Assembly (NCBI GenBank): GCA_038230375.1
Contig: JBBRNJ010000032.1
Span: 1-64,000, forward strand
Source of the DNA: Polyangiales bacterium
GTDB lineage: Bacteria; Myxococcota_A; Polyangia; Polyangiales; Polyangiaceae
Direction: 5' to 3'
DNA: 64,000 bases
Part shown: piece after piece, positions 59,901 to 64,000 of the stretch
Position numbering within the stretch: position 1 is the stretch's first letter
Layout: each line of letters starts with the position of its first letter
Made by a program: the position numbers and the translations under genes
The notes under the pieces: model-generated
The model's input: only the letters and a program-made list of their open reading frames with translations
Told to the model about the DNA's origin: nothing
Databases searched by the model: none

Positions 59901-60548
59901 ATCGAACGGCTTGATGCTGAGCACCAGCTCTCCGTAGAGCTCCACGCGCAGGGGCGCCTCGGCGCCTGGCGGCCACACGTCGAGCAGCGCGCCGCGCACG
60001 GAGAACGTGCCTGGGTCCTCCACCACGGGGACGCGCAGATAGCCAGACTCGGCGAGCTTCACGATCACAGCGTCGCGATCCAGCTCGTCTTCTGCCACGA
60101 TGCGCGCCGTCGCCGCCGTGAGCTCCTTCTTCGGGACCACCTTGCGGAGCAGCGCGGTTGCCGGGAGCACCAGCACCTTGAACGGCTCCTTGCGCGCGAG
60201 CCACGACAGGGTTGAGAGCCGCGCGATCGCAGCGCGCCGATCGGGGCTCACGTCCGCGAACGGCGTGGACTCGCTCGCGGGGAGCGTGAGCACAGGCTCG
60301 CCCTTGCCGAGCAGGAACGACAGATCGGCCGCGAGGCGCTCCGCATCGTCGCCGTCCTTCGTCACCACCACGACGGGTCGTCCAAGCTCCGTCGCCTTTG
60401 CGGCCACGAACGACGCCGCCGAGCCGCGCTCACCCGCGACGTGCGCGCGCCCATTCGCCTTCACTGCAGAGAGCACGTCGGACAGGCGCGCGGCGACGAT
60501 TCCCTCCGGCGGGGCCAGGGAGGGAAGGGGGAATGTCACGTCCGTCAC
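56949..60548 (-). CDS. mfd: Transcription-repair coupling factor
   Basis: GDVGFGKTE, DEEQRFG, SATPIPRT and QLRGRVGRS motifs. Confidence 0.98.
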   Translation of the reverse strand: MTDVTFPLPSLAPPEGIVAARLSDVLSAVKANGRAHVAGERGSAASFVAAKATELGRPVVVVTKDGDDAERLAADLSFLLGKGEPVLTLPASESTPFADVSPDRRAAIARLSTLSWLARKEPFKVLVLPATALLRKVVPKKELTAATARIVAEDELDRDAVIVKLAESGYLRVPVVEDPGTFSVRGALLDVWPPGAEAPLRVELYGELVLSIKPFDPFEQKTLEGRTEPSVWLPPAREPILTPKNVARAKDRVQQLSEMIDWPTLKTRALSDDVCGARGFFGADGWLPAYYEELDSILAYLPEDALFVLVGPADLHAALEEERVRVEEDERAKEKEPHFLGTSFYGGEEHAARTIETAGFVAMHRTAILGEEASDGLLRFAAPKDALDLSAMDNEDLGRALKAARATRGKTLSLSPLVSLIRHYDDHGLSVFLAARTETQADRLVQLLKHQGVETKTRFGAQTLAGLLAERFEQTACVVTGPITRGLVLPADGFALITEEEIFGARAHRRREQTKKDVSRAFIEDLRTLTVGDYVVHTDHGIGRYQGLVHKEVGSLTVDLIVVEYSNNDRLYLPVYRLNQLQKYAGGESAQPKVDRLGGQTFSKTKARVEKAVRQMADELLKLYAERQAAVSDALPEADDDYRAFEATFAFDETPDQAKAISDVNADLESTRPMDRLVCGDVGFGKTEVAIRAAFRVASAGSQVALLCPTTVLAQQHFRTLEARLRDYPINVRVMSRFQSKKEQDETLAALKDGKCDVVVGTHRLLSKDIHLKSLGLLIVDEEQRFGVVHKERIKQLKTQVDVLTLSATPIPRTLQMAVSGLRDLSLITTPPVDRRAVRTVVSRYDANVLKEAITRELSRGGQVFYVYNRIEGIYERAKRVQELCPSARIAVAHGQMTRSNADGETALERTMLDFVDGRYDVLVATAIIESGLDIPRANTIIIDRADMFGLAQLYQLRGRVGRSKERAYCYLVVPPQEAMTDESRARIEALERHTELGSGFKIASLDLELRGAGDLLGSEQSGTVESVGFELFCQMLDEAVKELRGETVVHEVDTELSFDVPALLPEDYIGDVGVRLSFYKRLASATDEAHVEEIAVEMEDRFGPPPEDAKRFVALMRLKTELRRLRALGCEASAKTVTLHLREDTPLDPQKVLKLVAAKQSPYKLTPDMRLTRRFDGTQDSLRNCEALLDALAKCLKD

Positions 60549-61858
60549 GCCGCGGGGACCTTTCGCACGCGAACGTTGGTGACGCGGCGTCGACTCAGGC
60601 CCGTCACCTCGGCGGTGGCGTCCGTGGCGATGTCGATGCGATCACCGTGCTTCGGCAGCCGCCCGAGCCGTGCAAGCACGACCGCGCCAACGTTCTCCGC
60701 CTGCTCGGCGGCCGACACGGTGATGCCCAGCGGACGAAGCTCCTCCATCGACGCGCGCGCGTCCACGTCCCATGCGTCGACCTCGCCCGGGGTCCGCAAC
60801 ACGCGCTGCGGCTCCTCGTCGGACTCGTCCTTGATTTCGCCGACAATCTCCTCGAGGAGATCCTCCATCGTGACGATGCCGCTGGTGCCGCCATACTCGT
60901 CCACGACGACCGCGATCTGCGTCTGCGCCTTCTGCATGGCGCGCAGCACGTGCACGAGGTCCTGCGTCTCCGGCACGAAGAGCACAGCGCGGCGAATGGA
61001 GTCGAGTGACGGCAGGCTTGCCGCCTCCGTATCGAGCAGCAGATCCTTCGCGTAGAGGTAGCCGACGATCTCGTCGAGCGAGCGCTCCTTCGTGAGCAGG
61101 ATGCGCGAGTACTGATGCGTCTGCACCATCCCGCACGCATCCTTCCCGGACATGCCCACGGGGATGGACATCACGTCCACGCGCGGCACCATCACGTGGC
61201 GCGCCGTGCGCTGCGAGAAGCGGAGCACGCGCTCCACGAGCTCCCCCTTCTCCTTGCCGCCGGGAGAACGCGCCGTGTTCGCTGCAAGGATGCCGATGAT
61301 CTCTTCTTCCGACAGACGTCCCTCGCTCGCGGCGTTGGCGCTCATGCCCATACCGCGCAGGATGACCGAGGTCGCGCGCTCGAGCACGAACAGCAGCGGC
61401 CTGAAGACAAGGAAGATGATGTGGAGCGGCCCCGCGACCGCGAGCGCCATGCGCTCCGAGCGCTGGATCGCCGCGAGCTTGGGGACGAGCTCACCAAACA
61501 GCACGTGCGCGAACGTGAGCGCACCGAACGCGACGACGATCCCGCCGATGTGAGCGTAGTTCGGGATGTGCTCGCCAAAGTACGCCGAGGACACGCGGTC
61601 CACCTGCTTCTCGATCGCGGGCTCACCGACCCAGCCGAGGCCCAGGCTGGCAAGCGTGATGCCGAACTGCGTGACGGAGAGGTACCGCTCCAGCCTGTCT
61701 GCGACCTTCTGCGCAAACGCCGCCCGCGTGTCGCCCTTCTTCGCGCGGCTGGAGAGCCGCGTGTTGCCGACCTTCACGAGCGCAAACTCAGCGGCCACAA
61801 AAAAGCCGTTCAGCGCGATGAAGACAACGGAGAGAAGCAGTCCGAGCACGGCACCCAC
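60545..61858 (-). CDS. CNNM/TlyC hemolysin-family protein (DUF21 + CBS pair + CorC domain)
   Basis: NGFFVAAEFA, GELVPK and VVDEYGGTSGIVTMEDLLEEIVGEI motifs. Confidence 0.92.
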   Translation of the reverse strand: MGAVLGLLLSVVFIALNGFFVAAEFALVKVGNTRLSSRAKKGDTRAAFAQKVADRLERYLSVTQFGITLASLGLGWVGEPAIEKQVDRVSSAYFGEHIPNYAHIGGIVVAFGALTFAHVLFGELVPKLAAIQRSERMALAVAGPLHIIFLVFRPLLFVLERATSVILRGMGMSANAASEGRLSEEEIIGILAANTARSPGGKEKGELVERVLRFSQRTARHVMVPRVDVMSIPVGMSGKDACGMVQTHQYSRILLTKERSLDEIVGYLYAKDLLLDTEAASLPSLDSIRRAVLFVPETQDLVHVLRAMQKAQTQIAVVVDEYGGTSGIVTMEDLLEEIVGEIKDESDEEPQRVLRTPGEVDAWDVDARASMEELRPLGITVSAAEQAENVGAVVLARLGRLPKHGDRIDIATDATAEVTGLSRRRVTNVRVRKVPAA

Positions 61859-61919
61859 GTCCTACCACACTTCCGTGACACCCGTGCCGAGCGCCAGGGA
61901 CGAAGTCGAAGTCGAGGGG

Positions 61920-62297
61920 CTAGATAGCGGGTCCTGCCATCTCGTCCACGACTGACTCCTTCACGCCCAGCGCCTTCGCGACCTTTCGCACGAACGCGTC
62001 TTCTTCGGACGTGAGCATGTCCGCGAACGCGACGTCCACGGCGCTGCGTAGCGCGGCCTCGCGTTTTGCTTCGGGGATGCGCTCGACGATCGAGGCGAGG
62101 AACGGGTCCACGCCCTTCTCGGTCATCACGGCTCGCTCCTTGGCGATCGTGGCGTCGACCTCGTCGTCCTTCTGACCCTCCGCGTGCGCGTGGATCTTCA
62201 CCTTCAGCTCCGTGATCTCCTCGTCGGAGATCTCGCCGTCGGCGTTCGCGATGAGGAGGCACAGTCCGATCTCGGCTTGCTGTTCGGGGGTAGACAT
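61920..62297 (-). CDS. TerB-family protein
   Basis: ANADGEISDEE...VAFADMLTSEE acidic metal-binding pattern. Confidence 0.8.
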   Translation of the reverse strand: MSTPEQQAEIGLCLLIANADGEISDEEITELKVKIHAHAEGQKDDEVDATIAKERAVMTEKGVDPFLASIVERIPEAKREAALRSAVDVAFADMLTSEEDAFVRKVAKALGVKESVVDEMAGPAI

Positions 62298-62389
62298 TGC
62301 CGCGATCACAGCAGACTCCGGGCCGCTCGTCGAGCGGGTAGCGAGGTGTATTTCTGGCTGATCCGTCAGGAAAGGACTACTGAACGACG

Positions 62390-63850
62390 ATGGGGAGAGA
62401 ATGGCTGTTGCTGGTCGGTGCCGGGATCGCCGGCACCATCGTGGTCTGCGTCGCGTGCGACACCGGCAACGACAAGGGTCAGGACGCGCTGCCAGAAGCA
62501 GGGACGCGCCCCGATGACACGACAGCCTCCGCGGGCCGCGCCGCCTGTTCGTTCGCCCGCGGCGCGTTGCCGGCGCAGACCCTCGGCGCCAGCCAGCCGC
62601 TGGGCGACGACATCCCCATCGACACGATCGTGGTCCTCATGCTGGAGAACCGCTCCTTCGATACGTACTTCGGGCACCTGGGCAAGTACGCGAAGCGCTC
62701 GGACATCGAGTCCGCCCCGGACTCCACCATCTGCCCCGCGAAGACCGGCGCCAACCCTGGCGCGTTCTTCCCATACCAGCACGCCCCGCACCTCTGCCTG
62801 CTGGACACGAACCACGAGTGGAGCGGCACCCACACGGAGTGGGACCAGGGCAAGATGGACGGCTTCGTCGAGGCGAACGAGGGCTGGGCCGAGACCTTTC
62901 CGGACGGCGGCGCGCCCACACTGAAGAGCGGCTCGCGCGCCATGGGCTGGTTCGACGAGCGCGACATCCCCTTCTACTACGAGCTCGCGAGCACGTTCGC
63001 GATCGGTGACCACTACCACTCGTCGATCCTGGGGCCCACGTGGCCCAACCGCCAGTACATGTATGCTGCATCTAGTTACGGCGTCATCGACAACACGTTC
63101 CCGGACTTCGGGGGGGCCCTTTACCCGGACAAGGACATCGTCATCTTCGACCTGCTCGAGAAGGCCGGCGTGAGCTGGAACATCTACGGCGACGGCGTCC
63201 CAGGGCTCGCGACCGTGATCAGCATCGCCATCGTGAACAGGTGGGCTGGGCGCAACCCGCTCCTGCCCGCCAGCGCCTTCTTCGAACAGGCAAAGGCCGG
63301 AACGCTTCCGCACGTCGTGTTCGTGGACCCGCGCCTTGGGACAGAGACACCCGACGGCGACGACGAGCACCCGCCCGGCGACGTCCAGAACGGCCAGAAG
63401 TTCACGAGCGACGTCGTCCACGCGCTGTTCCAGAGCCCGCAGTGGAGCCACACCGCGCTCTTCATCACCTACGACGAGCACGGTGGCCTCTACGATCACG
63501 TGCCCCCGCCTCCCGCATGCGCGCCAGACGACCGCGCCCCGCTCGTTCACGTGGGCGACCCTACGCAAGGCGGCTTTGATCGGTATGGCGTGCGTGTCCC
63601 CATCACCGTGGTCTCGCCCTATGCGAAGCCCGCGTACGTCTCCCACGTGCTCTACGATCACACGAGCATCCTTCGCTTCATCGAGGCACGCCACGCGCTG
63701 CCGGCGCTCAGCGGGCGCGACGCGAACGCGGACGCCATGTTCGACTTCTTCGATTTCGGGAAGGCTTCATTCGCGACGCCGCCCACGATCGCGGTGCCCT
63801 CGATCGATCAGGCGGAGCTCTTGTACTGCGAGAACACCTACCGCAAGTAG
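62390..63850 (+). CDS. Phosphoesterase family (non-specific phospholipase C / acid phosphatase) lipoprotein
   Basis: MLENRSFD, GPTWPNR, TYDEHGG, GVRVP and DHTSIL motifs; lipobox CVAC. Confidence 0.92.
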   Translation: MGREWLLLVGAGIAGTIVVCVACDTGNDKGQDALPEAGTRPDDTTASAGRAACSFARGALPAQTLGASQPLGDDIPIDTIVVLMLENRSFDTYFGHLGKYAKRSDIESAPDSTICPAKTGANPGAFFPYQHAPHLCLLDTNHEWSGTHTEWDQGKMDGFVEANEGWAETFPDGGAPTLKSGSRAMGWFDERDIPFYYELASTFAIGDHYHSSILGPTWPNRQYMYAASSYGVIDNTFPDFGGALYPDKDIVIFDLLEKAGVSWNIYGDGVPGLATVISIAIVNRWAGRNPLLPASAFFEQAKAGTLPHVVFVDPRLGTETPDGDDEHPPGDVQNGQKFTSDVVHALFQSPQWSHTALFITYDEHGGLYDHVPPPPACAPDDRAPLVHVGDPTQGGFDRYGVRVPITVVSPYAKPAYVSHVLYDHTSILRFIEARHALPALSGRDANADAMFDFFDFGKASFATPPTIAVPSIDQAELLYCENTYRK

Positions 63851-64000
63851 GCCTCGGTCAAGAACGCGGCGATCGCCTTGCCCAGATCGACCTTGGTCAC
63901 CGCGCTCATGTGATTGCCGGGCACCACCACGCGCCGTCCGTTCGGCAGCAGCGCGGCCAGCTCCTCAGCCGAGCCATTGTCCTTGTCCTCTGCGCCGATC
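63838..64000 (-). CDS. Alpha/beta hydrolase, C-terminal part (truncated by window)
   Basis: Manual translation IGAEDKDNGSAEELAALLPNGRRVVVPGNHMSAV...LR-stop (Asp and His of the triad); overlaps the phosphoesterase stop. Confidence 0.7.
   Translation of the reverse strand, partial: IGAEDKDNGSAEELAALLPNGRRVVVPGNHMSAVTKVDLGKAIAAFLTEAYLR

Overview
GC-rich chromosomal segment that looks myxobacterial (Polyangiaceae/Sorangiineae-like). This is inferred from two MYXO-CTERM-type anchors, about 16 predicted lipoproteins, Cys-rich surface proteins and eukaryotic-like Ser/Thr kinases. Housekeeping genes include tag, recA with a sigma70 promoter carrying a LexA-like box, a partial ATP synthase operon (b', b, delta, alpha, gamma; no beta, epsilon, a or c), sixA, panE and mfd. 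I saw no rRNA, tRNA, CRISPR, transposase or integrase. The main unexplained structure is a mirror-symmetric cassette at 2831-4135: (GTCGAR)20 array, long RBS-sequestering hairpin, four-helix-bundle (TIGR02436/Avd-like) gene, hairpin, a second convergent four-helix-bundle gene, long RBS/start-sequestering hairpin, (GTCGAT-type)12 array. Further GTCGAN arrays are dispersed in the same orientation, and one has strongly skewed codon usage next to it. Other notable items are an orphan Hcp with a Sec signal peptide, an orphan protein whose C-terminus aligns by eye with T3SS needle subunits, a lipoprotein with MACPF/CDC-like motifs, a ~45-aa insertion in AtpA, two paralogous kinase + DJ-1/PfpI modules, and twin palindromic operators beside an exoribonuclease gene remnant. 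All calls come from reading motifs by eye; no searches were run.
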